DNA of 64,000 nucleotides, from the NCBI RefSeq assembly GCF_036365525.1, contig NW_027141363.1, forward strand, positions 248,001-312,000, read 5' to 3'. Each line of letters opens with the position of its first letter. Position 1 is the stretch's first letter. Position numbers and translations under genes: made by a program. Source of the stretch: Heterodontus francisci (lineage: Eukaryota). This document shows positions 49,964 to 61,699 of this stretch, piece after piece. Below the pieces are notes generated by a model, which saw only the letters and a program-made list of their open reading frames with translations, did not search any database and was not told where the DNA came from.

Positions 49964-50520
49964 GTAGGTAAACAAGAATAGATCTCAATATTCAAATTTA
50001 ATTCGCTCTAAGTGTTCATTCATTGCTTCGTAATTCTGCCAAAACTCACAAACCTGGCCACGTACTGGAAAACTTGAGTAAATTTGAATCCCAAGATGCA
50101 CAATTTTGCAAAGACAATGTTACCAGACTTCTCTGTGTCTACCCTCTGGAACCCCCCAACCCTTTCATAATCTTAGACGCCTCTTTCAGGTCACCTCTAA
50201 GCCTTCTCTTCTCTATCATAAAGGCTATTCAGTCTTTCCTGATAGGTAAATATGTATGAAGACGAGAACTGTGCACAGTGATCCAAGTGTGGTCTAACCG
50301 AGGGATATGGAGACCAGAACTGTGCACAGAGCTCCAAGAACGTCTAAGCAAATTTTACCATAATTTCTCTGCTTTAAAATGGAATGGTGGAGAAAAGGAC
50401 AGACAAATCTACACATTGCAATTGGTTGAATGATAATTGTTCAAAGGTGTCAGAGCATTCGATGAAGTATCGTGTAATCATTGGTCCCCAGCAGTTTTAA
50501 TACTGCTTTGTAACACTGTG

Positions 50521-50576
50521 TTCTGGAAACAGCACACCTCTCCGCTTTGGCGATGGGACAAGATTAACAGTTCTGG
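50521..50576 (+). CDS. TRBJ: J2-14 SGNSTPLRFGDGTRLTVL
   Basis: AGTTTTAAT-12-CACTGTG, GTATGT donor. Confidence 0.93.
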
Positions 50577-51212
50577 GTATGTAAAACCGAGCGATGTGTC
50601 CCCCCAGTGGTCAATGTAAAAGCATTAATCTTCACCAATGTAAAAGCAGAGAGGCAAGGCTCAACTAGTAGTGATTATCTTAATGGCTGAACTCAGGAAG
50701 GGCCACTGTCGAGTTTATAACAGATGCAAACCCGAGTCAACGATTTTGAAAGGACTCCAATCAAACACAAGAAGCCACAAAGGACCATTCATCCCTTGAG
50801 CCTCTTACACCATTCACTTAAATCATGGCTGAGTTTTATCTTAGCTCCAGCTACCGTCTTTGGTCCCATAACCTTTAACACACTGACCCAACAAAAATGA
50901 TTGAATGTAATAAACAAAGACTAGATCTAGTCAAGATTGTAGAAGATTAGATACTAAATGGCAAACTCACCTAGTCTTCCTTCAAGAAAATAACTAAATT
51001 CAGTGCATAAGGAATTGACTTACATTTATGCTGAAACACTATTTCAAATCAGAATTCAAAGTGAGAGGTACGTGGCAATGTCCAAACAGTTTAACAATTT
51101 CACTACTTGCTTTCTTGGCATACTAAATAAATATAGGGAACAAGCTCCTGCATTGGCAGTCTACGGGAACTGTTAGGCAATCCTAGTTTTCTGATCGGAA
51201 TGTAGCATTGTG

Positions 51213-51264
51213 GATGTAACTACTAACTTTCATTTTGGCCCCGGTTCCAAATTAACAGTGTTGG
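51213..51264 (+). CDS. TRBJ: J2-15 DVTTNFHFGPGSKLTVL
   Basis: AGTTTTCTG-12-CATTGTG, GTAAGT donor. Confidence 0.93.
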
Positions 51265-52281
51265 GTAAGTTTTAAAAAATGTAATGTTTTGAGTGCGTCA
51301 ATTAAATTAGTTGTATATTTACCCATGGCATTGCACTCCAGTACATAACTGCACAGTGCTGTATGTCTGACCCTGCTACCCAGATTTCCCTCGTTGCCCC
51401 ACTTATTACCAAATTATCGTAATAATTATTATATTTATTTCGCAATATTTCAGCAAGATGTATTCTGAAAACAAGTAGGATAAAGCAGAGAAGATTAAGT
51501 GGTGGTGGGAGGATTGATACCAGGGAGAAAGGATTTCATCTTTGTAGAGAGACTGGAAAAGCTGAATATTGTTCTCCTTGGAGCAGAGAAGGTTAAAGAA
51601 GATTTGCCAGTGTGGTACCAGGGATGAATGACTTCAATTGTGTGGAGATACTGGAGAAACTGGGGTTGTTCTCCTCAGAGAAGAGAAGGTTAAGGTGGGA
51701 ATTAATATCATATTCAAAATGTCCAAAATCATATGTTTTGTAATAGAGTAAATAAGAATAACTCATTTCTGCTGGGAGAAGGGTCGGTAAGCAAAGAGAA
51801 CAGATTTGTGATTGGCAAAAGAAACAAAGAGGGAGATGAGTATTTGCTTTTACACAGCCAATTGTTGTGATGTGGAATGCACTGCCTGAAAATAGCTCAA
51901 ACAATGCATTTGATGCATATTTGAAGGCTAACAAATGTAGGGTTATGGTGAAGCAGCAAGAAGCTCTGGGTGTTCGCAGAAGATTGAGCAACCTGCAGGC
52001 TTAATTCTAATTGGTATCCTCTGATGCAGTGCGACATAGTACTTGTCTGCATCTTTAATATTGACTAATATCCAATAATAACAGCAAACAAAGCACAGGA
52101 GTTCCTTTGCAGGAGATTAGCTAGCATTCCAAAGCAGAGAAGTTACATGAAACTTATATAGAACTTTGGTTAGATCGTTGCAATTTCAATGAATTTCGAT
52201 GTAAAATCCCCAGCACCAACTCCATCCATCTGGAGGGGAGAGACACTCTTGTTAGTTTTAGTGTAGGGTTGCAGCATGGTG

Positions 52282-52332
52282 CTTCAGGATATGAACAGTA
52301 TTCTGGAGGGGGCACGAAGCTAAGCGTTTCGG
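52282..52332 (+). CDS. TRBJ: J2-16 SGYEQYSGGGTKLSVS (non-canonical, Phe to Ser)
   Basis: AGTTTTAGT-12-CATGGTG, GTGAGT donor, open frame; conserved Phe lost. Confidence 0.78.
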
Positions 52333-52971
52333 GTGAGTAGCTGACAGTACAAGAGGTCTCAGTTAATGATGGATGGACAGAAGTCTGCTGTTGTTCTACG
52401 GATGCAGTTCTCTAATTGTGGGGAGGGATTTTAGCAGATGAACACGAGGATTCATTTCACGTGTAGGGGACATTTACGCGGGATTCGTGCATTGTTCTGT
52501 CAGTGAGGCGGTGGCTCCTTATTTCTGTAACTTCCTCTGGACCTAAAAGAAACCCTGATGATTTCTCTGTGCTCCTCCAATTCTGGCCTCTTGTGCATCC
52601 TGCCCTCCCTCGAACCCACCATTGGCGGCTGTGCCTTCAGCTGCCTGAGCCCTAAACCCTGGAATTCCCTCCTTATACACCTCTGCTTCTCTCCCTCTCT
52701 CCTTCTTTGAGAAGTATCTTAGAATCTACTTCTTTGACAGGTCACCTGTCCCTAATATCTACTTCGATAACTCGGTATCAAGTTGCTGTCTGAGTTGCTC
52801 TGATTTTTCACTGCATCAACGGTGCTAGTTAAATGCAATTTTTTTGTTGTTATTAATCACCAGGTAGGCCTCGCCTGGAGTATTGTGACCAATTCGTGGC
52901 GAACACACTTTAGGAAGGATGTCAAGGCCATAGAGAGGGTGCAGAAGATGTTTACTAGAATGGTACCAGAC

Positions 52972-53322
52972 ATTAGATTAGAGATACAGCACTGAAACAG
53001 GCCCTTCGGCCCACCGAGTCTGTGCCGACCATCAACCACCCATTTATACTAATCCTACACGAATCCCATATTCCTACCAAACATCCCCACCTGTCCCTAT
53101 ATTTCCCTACCACCTACCTATACTAGTGACAATTTATAATGGCCAATTTACCTATCAACCTGCAAGTCTTTTGGCTTGTGGGAGGAAACCGGAGCACCCG
53201 GAGAAAACCCACGCAGACACAGGGAGAACTTGCAAACTCCACACAGGCAGTACCCGGAATCGAACCCGGGTCCCTGGAGCTGTGAGGCTGCAGTGCTAAC
53301 CACTGCGCCACTGTGCCGCCCC
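52972..53322 (-). mobile_element. Apparently full-length tRNA-derived V-SINE (HE1-like) nested in a CR1 fragment
   Basis: Minus strand GGCGGCACAGTGGCGCAGTGGTTAGCAC (box A), GGTTCGATTCC (box B), V-domain TGTGGAGTTTGCA..GGGTTTTCTCCGGGTGCTCCGGTTTCCTCCCAC, and a (TCTAA)n tail. Confidence 0.85.
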
Positions 53323-53621
53323 ATGATGGGGAGGTTTCACTTGTGTTTAGAAATGGGAGAAGCTGGGATTGTTCTCCTTGGAGCAGAGAAGGCGAAGGGG
53401 AGATCAGTGTTGTTTTATTAAACTTATTCTTAAAATAAAGACACATTCGCAAGTAACCAGGAAAAGCAGACAAAATATAAAGGGAAAATTAATTGAAGAC
53501 AAACAACAGCGTGGTGAATCCCGGAGGGAGGAAGTCCCAATAAAAGTACAATTGTTAAGACCAAAATTAAACTTGTGTTCAGCCCCTTTGGAAACAGGTA
53601 GATTTTGGGCAGCAACATGCG

Positions 53622-53671
53622 CAAGGCATTTTCTTGTATTGCAGCAAAGGTACCAAACTAACTAGTTCTAG
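53622..53671 (+). pseudogene. TRBJ: J2-17 relic (LYCSKGTKLT...)
   Basis: GGTACCAAACTAACT..GTTCTAG|GTAAAG; FG lost, frameshift, no clear RSS. The 5' boundary is approximate. Confidence 0.6.
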
Positions 53672-55059
53672 GTAAAGACGCACCATTGTCAAACTGCATC
53701 TGTCAATTGCAGCTCAACTGGTTGAGAAAGAGACCAGTTCTCAAAATGCTGCTTGGGTTTAAGTATTTCAGTGAAGTTACACAATGGTGACACTCTTACC
53801 TCCGAGTCAAAAAAAAAAGCGAATTCCACATTCTCACTATTCTCTGGGTGAAGAGACGTCTCCTGAAATCTCCATTGGTTCAATATTCAGAACAGAAATA
53901 TAACAAGATTCGGCATCAGTCATTGTGTTAATGATTTTATCATTTTAATATTCATGGAATTCTCAGAGTCTTGACTGTAAACCCAAACCTGTTCAGGTAT
54001 TTCTTTCGCAATATTACGCTCATAGAGCTTTAGAGTTAAAGAACTGACTGTGGAGTGTAGTCACTGTTGTAATGTAGGGAAAGATTTCAGCCAAAATGCG
54101 CACAGCAAGATCCCACAAGCATCATTGCACTAAATGACCAGATAACCGGAATGGTGGATGTGAAGTGTTGAATGACGGATAAATATTGGCTCGGACACAC
54201 TCCCCTTATTTTCTTTGAGCCAATACATTGTTTCTCAAACGGTACAATTTTAAATTGGGTGCAGGAACAGAGAAACCAGGGGGATGTATATTCATAAATC
54301 TATGAAGGTGGCAGGGCAGGTTCAAAAGGCTATCAAAAGTCACACTGAATCCTTTTGGCTCTGTAAACAGAGGCACAGAGGGCAAAGCAAAGCTGTTATC
54401 ATGAACATTTATCAAACACTGTTTAGGCCTCAGTAGCAGCATAGTGTTCCATTTTGGTGCCACCCTTTGGAAAACAGGTTAAGTCCCCAGAGAGAATGCA
54501 GAGTAGATTGACTGGAATGGTTCCAGAGTTGAGGCACTTCAGATATCGTGAAGGGATTGTAGAAGCTGGGATTGTTCTCCTTGGAGCAGAGAAGGTACAG
54601 GGAAAATTTTAATTGAGGTGCTGAAACTCAGGAAGGCTTTCGATAGAGTTAAAAGGGAGAAACCTTTTTTTCCAGTGGGAGGAGGTTCGGTAACCAGAAG
54701 GACACAGATTTAAGGTCGTTGGAAAAAAAAAGGGGGGATGAGGAAATATTTTGTTTAAACAGCGAGTTGTTGTGATTTGGAATGTAATGCCTGACATGGT
54801 GCTGAAAGCAGATTCAATAGTAGCTTCACTTCAAAAGTAGCTTTCAAAAGGGAAATAGAGAGAGTTTGAAGGTACATAATTTACTGGGTTATGTGAGAAG
54901 AACAGGGTGGGGAGCAGGATTAATTGGCTAGTTCTACCAAAGAGCTGGAATTCACACAACAGGCCGAATGGTCCCCTCCTTTCATGTGTGAGTTTACGGT
55001 AGCACTAATTATTAAATATTACATTTGGGGGAAGAGACAAGAGTAGGATTAGAATCATA

Positions 55060-55640
55060 ATGCAGCACACAGGGGGGCCATTCCGCCCATCGAGTCCATG
55101 CCAGCTCTCTGTCTGGCAATCCAATCAGTCCCACTCCCTCGCTCTATCCCTGTGGCCCTGCAAGTTAATTTGCCTCAAGTGTCCATCCAATTTCCTTCTG
55201 AAATCATTCATTGTCTCCGCTTCCACCACCCTTGTAGGCAGCGAGTTCCAGGTCATTACCACACGTGGCATAAAAATGTCCCCCCTCACACCCCCCCTGC
55301 ATCTTTTGCACAGCACCAGAAATCTGTCTCTCCTGGTCCTTGTACCAACAACTAATGGGTGAAGTTTTTCTTTGTCTACCTTATCTAAATCCGTCATAAT
55401 CTTGTACGCTGCCATCAAATCTCCCCTCAATCTCCTTTGCTCCAAGCAGAACAATCCCAGCTTCTCCAACCTAACCTTGTAGCTAAAATCCTTCATCCCT
55501 GGAACCATTCTGTTAAATATCCTCTGAACCCTTTCAAGGACACTCACAACCTTCCTCAAATGTGGTGGTCAGAACTGGCTGCAAAACTCTAGTTGTGGCC
55601 TAACCAGAGCTTTAGAAATGTTCCCCATAACTTCCCTGAT
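55060..55640 (-). mobile_element. CR1-type LINE 3' fragment
   Basis: LERVQRIFNRMVPG..LEQRRLRGDL..RVVMTWNSLP ORF at 55125-55559. Confidence 0.85.
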
Positions 55641-55881
55641 AGGAAAGGGTTCTAGATAATGGGACAAGATGAGTGATAGCCTGGTTATTGAGAACAGGCT
55701 GGCCCAGAGTTCAGGGTAACACTTTTCAGATAGACAGGAGAACCTCTTTCATAGTGAGACAGACTTGTACTTCACTCAATGACTAAGAGGTTCAGATGAT
55801 CAGTTTCTGCCACTTTGGGTTAAAATGTACAAAAGCAGGTATAGGTTGCAAACTGATTCTACGTTTGATGACTGATCGGTG

Positions 55882-55934
55882 TTCGGGAAACAGAGAGGTT
55901 TATTCTGGAGTTGGCACAAAATTAACTGCTCTGG
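55882..55934 (+). pseudogene. TRBJ: J2-18, last J-like segment SGNREVYSGVGTKLTAL, lacking a splice donor
   Basis: GXGTKLT motif with Phe to Ser; CT instead of GT at 55935-55936; weak RSS (TGATTCTAC-12-ATCGGTG). Confidence 0.75.
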
Positions 55935-56027
55935 CTAGAATTGAAAGGTTGATATTGTTTGGTGGTTTAAAATTCTCAAGACGGGTTTCATACTCATCCA
56001 TATTGTCTTCATTTACTTTTCCTGCAG

Positions 56028-59000
56028 GCGAAAACGATACGATTAGGCCTGCCAAAGTTACGGTCTTTGAGCCCTCTCCCGAAGAGATTAGAGAAAAGAA
56101 AAAAGCCACTGTGGTCTGCCTCGTCAGCGACTTCTACCCCGACAACATCAAGATCCACTGGCTTGTCGATGGCAAGGAGAAAGATGCCAATGACACGAAC
56201 ATTCACACTGATCTCAATGCCATCCTATCAAAAGAAAATACATCTTACAGCATCAGCAGCCGGCTGAGATTCGACGCCCTAGATTGGGCTCGGTCCAAGA
56301 ACGTTGAGTGCAGAGTAGATCTCTACACTAACGAATCAGTGCCTACAACAAGCAGTTCAACATTAGCTGTCAAAGCAGGTAGGCACACTAGTGAGACCAA
56401 TACCATTTTATTTCAGCTTCAAAGAAATCAAAAGTTGCATTTATATAGCACCTGTGCTCTTATGAAAGTACGAATAAGCAAGTAGATGTATCAGTAAGTC
56501 AATACAGAAATAAATAATTCATGAAATAGAACAATATTGTCGTGTAAAGGGGAAGATATGGTTAAACACTCAATTAAAATGACTCTCAATATATTAGACT
56601 ACAGTGCGGGACTCAATTGTGATAATCTACATTTACACAGTGATTTCATAAAATATTCTGATGCTGAATGTTTATTGATTTCTCTTTCTTTTCCCAGAAA
56701 TGTGCGGTATAAGTAAAGGTGAATATCTATCTGCTTCTATCTGTATCTGGTCTCCACACTTTGTAAAGGAGGTGAAGGTCCTTGAGAGGGTGCAGAGGAG
56801 ATTTACCACAATGGTTCCAGAGATGAGGAATTTTAGCTACAAAGTTACATTGGAGAACCTGGGTTGTTCTCCTTGGAGAAAAGGAGATTGAGGGGCTATT
56901 TGACAGAGTTGTGCAAGATTATGACAGGTTTACAATAGGTAGACAAAGAAAAGTTGTCCCCATGAGTTGCTGGCATAAGGACTGGGGGGGGGGGGGGGGT
57001 CACAGTTTTCAGGCTTTGGGAAAAAGATGCACTGGGGGGGGATGTGAGGCAGAAGTGTTTTATGCAGCGAGTGGTAATGACCTGGAAGTCACTGTCTACG
57101 AGGGTGGTGGAAATGGAGATAATGAATGATTTCATAAGGAAACTGGACGGACTGTTGAGGGTAATTAACTTGCAGGGCAATGGAGATGGAAGGGGAGAGC
57201 TGGACTGATTGGATTGCTCTGTAGAGATCCTGCATGGACTCGATGGGCCGAATGACCTCTTTCTGTGCTGTAATGACTCCATGACTCAAAAAATATTCAC
57301 CAATAATTCTGGAATTATTACTGTGTCAGACATTTCATGTATATACTCATTTCAACATTTCCAAGCTGTAGTTTTACAGTTATACATACTATCATGCACA
57401 ACGAGTTTATGAGAAAACTCCTCTGGGAGGGAAAGGCCGTTGGAATTTCGAGACCAGCCGAGTCGAATGATATAACCTCACGGTCCTCTTGGGTTCAATG
57501 CCTCAGGGAAATATGTTGCCCTGTGATGAGGGAGAGGGGACGCCTGGGGATGGGAGGGGAGGGAGCTGTGTACACCTGTCTTAAAACTTACAATTCCTTG
57601 GGAGTTGATAGTGTGAATCTGGCGTGGAGATAAGAGGGACAGTTCCACTTCCCAGAGGTTAAATTAGTTTAACACATCATCTCAAAGAAGGTTCCTCCAA
57701 AGTTGCAGTGCAGCACACACGCTGTCTACTGGCACTGGGAGAGTCAGTCTGGATTATGGGGTTCATTTCTTTGGACTGGGGCATGAACCCACAATCGTAC
57801 GACTCAGACAGGAGAGCGTTACCCACTCAGCTGGAGCTGATACATACGTGAGCCATAGCTGACACAGAAGTTACAGCGGCCCCAATTCAGATCGGCCATA
57901 TTGCTGAACTCCATTTGTAGTGAGGAATACCCCAGGGCTCCTTGCGTCAAAGGGAGATCAGTTCTGCTTTCGCAGCTCGACCCTTACATTGGGCTGCTTC
58001 ACTGACACACATGACATTTTCACGCAGTAGCATTTCTTGCCTTGAGAGAACAGAGATTGCAACATTTTCTGTTACATTTATTTTACAGAGGCGAAAATCC
58101 AAAGCATGGCAACAGCAAAACTGACATACCTGATCCTCATCTGCAAAAGCATCTTTTATACAATTTTCATCTCAACAATTGCTTGGAAAACTAAGGTAAG
58201 ATTAAACTTACTGAAGTCCTTAATCTTGGTATTGTCATGGTGAAACTGGGTAAAGAAGTTTCTCCTGAATTCCACACTGAAATTACGAGTGACTATCCGA
58301 TATTCACGAGCCCTAGTTTTGCATTCCTATTGCACGCAGATGGAATACACCAATTCACTTTCCATTCATTCCTGCGCCCACAACACTAACCAACCAATTT
58401 AATCCAGTTGAACACAATTGTCAATGTTCTGGAATTTCCCTTGGAAAATAATTGAACTTATTGTGATTTTACAAGACTTTATATGCAAGGTTAGGAATGC
58501 ATGAGCAGGAAAGAGCATGTGCATGGTTCGTCTCGATTATTCATGCACATGATGATCTGGTCAGGACAGTGATGTCGAGTCATTGGAGAGGGTGAAGGGG
58601 CGATTTACTTGAACGGTATCAGTGTTGAGGGACCTCAGTGATGTGAGGAGAATACAGAAGTTGGGATTGTTCTCCTTGGATCAGGGAAGGTTAAGGAGAG
58701 ATTTAATAGAGGTGTGCACAATGATGAAGGGTTTGGATAGGACAACGAATGGGTTAACAGCTTCAAAGAGGCAGCAGGATTGCCCAACCAAGGACACAGC
58801 TGTAAGGTGATTAGCCAAGGGAGCAGAGGGGCAGGTGAGAAATATATTTTGAGCCAGCGAGTTGTTGTGGTTGAGAATGCACTGGCTGAAAGGACGGTGG
58901 AAGCTGATTTAGTAGCAACTTTCAAGAGGGAATTGGATGAATACTTGTTTGAGGGGGTGGAGGTAGTGGGGGAGGGAATAGTCTCAGGGCTATAGGGGAA

Positions 59001-59167
59001 AGAACTGTGAAATGGGACTAATTGGACAGCTCTTTCAGAATGCCAGTATGGGCACGCGGGACGAATGGCCTCCTTCTGTTCTGTATCAGTCCATAATTCC
59101 ATGACGATAATAACGCCCTCTTTTTTTTATCATATACCAGACGTCTTACAGCAAAAGGTTTGACTGA
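56028..59167 (+). CDS. TRBC: TCR beta constant gene, 4 exons: 56028-56378 (Ig C1), 56698-56718 (hinge EMCGISK), 58089-58195 (TM), 59141-59167 (TSYSKRFD*)
   Basis: PAKVTVFEPSPEEI..KATVVCLVSDFYPDNI.IHW..YSISSRLR..W..C; hinge Cys; TM TYLILICKSIFY with the conserved Lys; all GT-AG junctions in consistent phase. Confidence 0.97.
56745..57280 (+). mobile_element. CR1-type LINE fragment in C intron 2 (similar ~58575-59090 in intron 3)
   Basis: WSPHF..LERVQRRFT motifs and tail. Confidence 0.8.
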
Positions 59168-59941
59168 TCGTCGCAAATTAATGAACTCAAAAGATGGATA
59201 AGCAGCAGAACACACGAGGGAGCAAGGGGAGAGAAAATACGATTATTGTGAATATCTCGGGGTTGAATTTCGTCTAAACCACTCCCGCTGTACTCGCGTA
59301 ACTTTGGCGGACAACCCTAAATACCCATCACCACTGCGGGAAACGAACAGAGGAAATTTTAAGCCCCAGTCTGTCTTTTCCACTAGAATAAGTCCTTTCA
59401 TATTCTCGTCAATGTATTAAATTCCTGTTGTCTCAGTAGGTGAAGCTTTGAGAAACGTGCAAACTTTTTTTCCAGTTTATTTTGTCTGTTTATTAATTAT
59501 TATTCTGTGTTGTTTGAAACGTTATAAAGAAACAGACAACCTTACAGGACGAAAGGAGGCCACTTGGCCCATCGTGCAAGTGCTAGCTCTTTGAAAAAGC
59601 CAGTTGTTAATGCCAAGGCGATCAATTCCAGCTTTGCTGATCTCTCCATGAAACTTAAGTCCCTCATTCCGTGCAATTCTCGTAAAGCTGTGTATAATAT
59701 TAAGCAGTAGTAAACAAATTGTAACTTCAAGTTCTGTTTGGTGCAACTATTAATGTCTTTTTTCCCTTTTCTGTTAATGCAGAAATGTTATTACTATTTG
59801 TATCAGACACCTCATCGATTGCAGATGGAAAATGCGCTCATAATTGTCCATTATTTGTCGTGGGGTTCTCAGTGGATCCAGTATCGACAGCTCGCTTGTG
59901 ATCTTCTACATTTTTTTTCTTTTCTTGTTCACTGGTTAAGA

Positions 59942-59947
59942 AATAAA
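59942..59947 (+). terminator. Candidate TRBC polyadenylation signal (AATAAA; alternative ATTAAA at 59416)
   Basis: First canonical AATAAA seen downstream of the stop codon; usage unknown. Confidence 0.45.
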
Positions 59948-61699
59948 TAGAATATTTCGACAAAGAAAACCGTTTCTCTCCACTATTATTTCAGTTTTAC
60001 CCCACGCGCTTGGCACAACATTTCCAAACAACATTAAAATATGCAGGTAGGCATTAGATGAATTTTATTGGGTAACGGGATCAAGGGATATTGAGCAAAG
60101 ATGGGGAAATAGGGTTGGTGTGCAGATCTTCCATGATCTAATTGAATGGCGGAACATGTGCCGGGGTTTAATGGACTCCTCACACTATGCCTATGTAATA
60201 GGCTCGAGGGGCTGAATTGGACTCCTCCTGTTGCAATGCAACAGGCTCTCCTGGTTTGAATGACCTCCTCCACCCAATTCTATGCAACAGGCGTGAGAGG
60301 GCAGAATCGCTTCCTCGCTCTACGTGGCAGCTTCGAGTGGGCTAAATAGTCTCCTGTTTCCCTGTTGCTATGTGTAACCCATCCCTGACAGCCACTGAGA
60401 AGGTGGCGATGAACTACTTTCCTGAACACAAATGAATGTCTTTCTAGGCCATTTCAGAGAGCGGTTATGAGTCAACCACATTGCTGTGGGTCTGGAGTTG
60501 CATGTAGGCCAGGCCGGGTAACGGCTGCAGATTTCCGTCCCTAAAGAACATGAGTTAACCAGGTGGAGTTTGAAACAAATCTCTCGCAGTTTCAAGGTCG
60601 CCATTGCTGATGTTAGCTATTTATTGCACATTTTGAGCTAATTAGCTGATTTGAAATTCCCCAGCTACCATGATGGGATTTGAACTCATATCTTGGGATT
60701 ATGAGCCCAGCCCATTCCTACCACAATGCTGTCCTTCCAAACAATTTCACCGATGAGTGCTTTTCCAGACTGTTCTGGATTTGGGCAATTTCACCCCCGG
60801 CTTTGGAACCCAGGGCGCTGCACCCTTCCTTTGTAAATGGTTTGCTCTGAGCGGGCAATGGCGCTCACAGTCGCCAAGGGATTGTCCACGTGGGAGATGG
60901 GTAATGCCAGGTGGCTGCTGTCTCTCTTCTGCCCTATGGGGTTACTGAGCGATACAGTCGGGGAGGGATCGAGCCAGTCACCTCTGTGTTGAACTGCACC
61001 AGACCCAGGCTGTATACATAGAAACCTAGGAACAGGAGGGGGGCCATTTTGATCCTCGCATCTGTTCTGCCATTCAGTGAGACCTTGTCTGAACTGCACT
61101 CCAGCTCCATAGAGATTTCAGCACAGAAACAGGCCATTCAGCCCGTCTGGTCCATGCCAGTGTTTCAGCTCCACATGAGCCTCCTCCCACCCACTCTTCA
61201 TCTCACCCCAGCAACATCTCCTTCCATTCCTTTCTCTTTCAAGTGCTTTCCCAACTTCCCCTTAAAGGGATCGATGCTATTCTTCTTAAAGTGGTAGCGA
61301 GTTCCACATTCCCACCACTCTCTGGGTAAAGAAGTCTCTCCTGATTGGATTCAATAGTGATGTGTCTTATATTTATGGCCCCATTTCCCCTATCAAACCC
61401 CTTTGTAAGCCTAAAGACGTCTATCAGGTCACCCCTCAGCTTTCTCCTTTCTACAGAAAAGATCCCCAGCCTGTTCATTCTTTCCTGATGTCTAACACTG
61501 CACACTGACCTGCATCTCAGGAATATGAACACTTTCTCACTGGCTACAGACATTGAAAGATACCTTTATTATCAGGCTGATTGATGTACGTAGATATCGA
61601 GTCAATCTTTAAACCAGCTTTAGAAGGCTACAAGCGTTGCATTTTTGGTAATCGGAAACTCTTTTTTGTCAGCTCGATCTACCCACTATTCTAGCTTCT

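Noticed and set aside
53240-53322. tRNA-like sequence with a perfect heptamer CACTGTG
   Set aside because: It is the tRNA-derived head of a V-SINE; no nonamer and no J follows.
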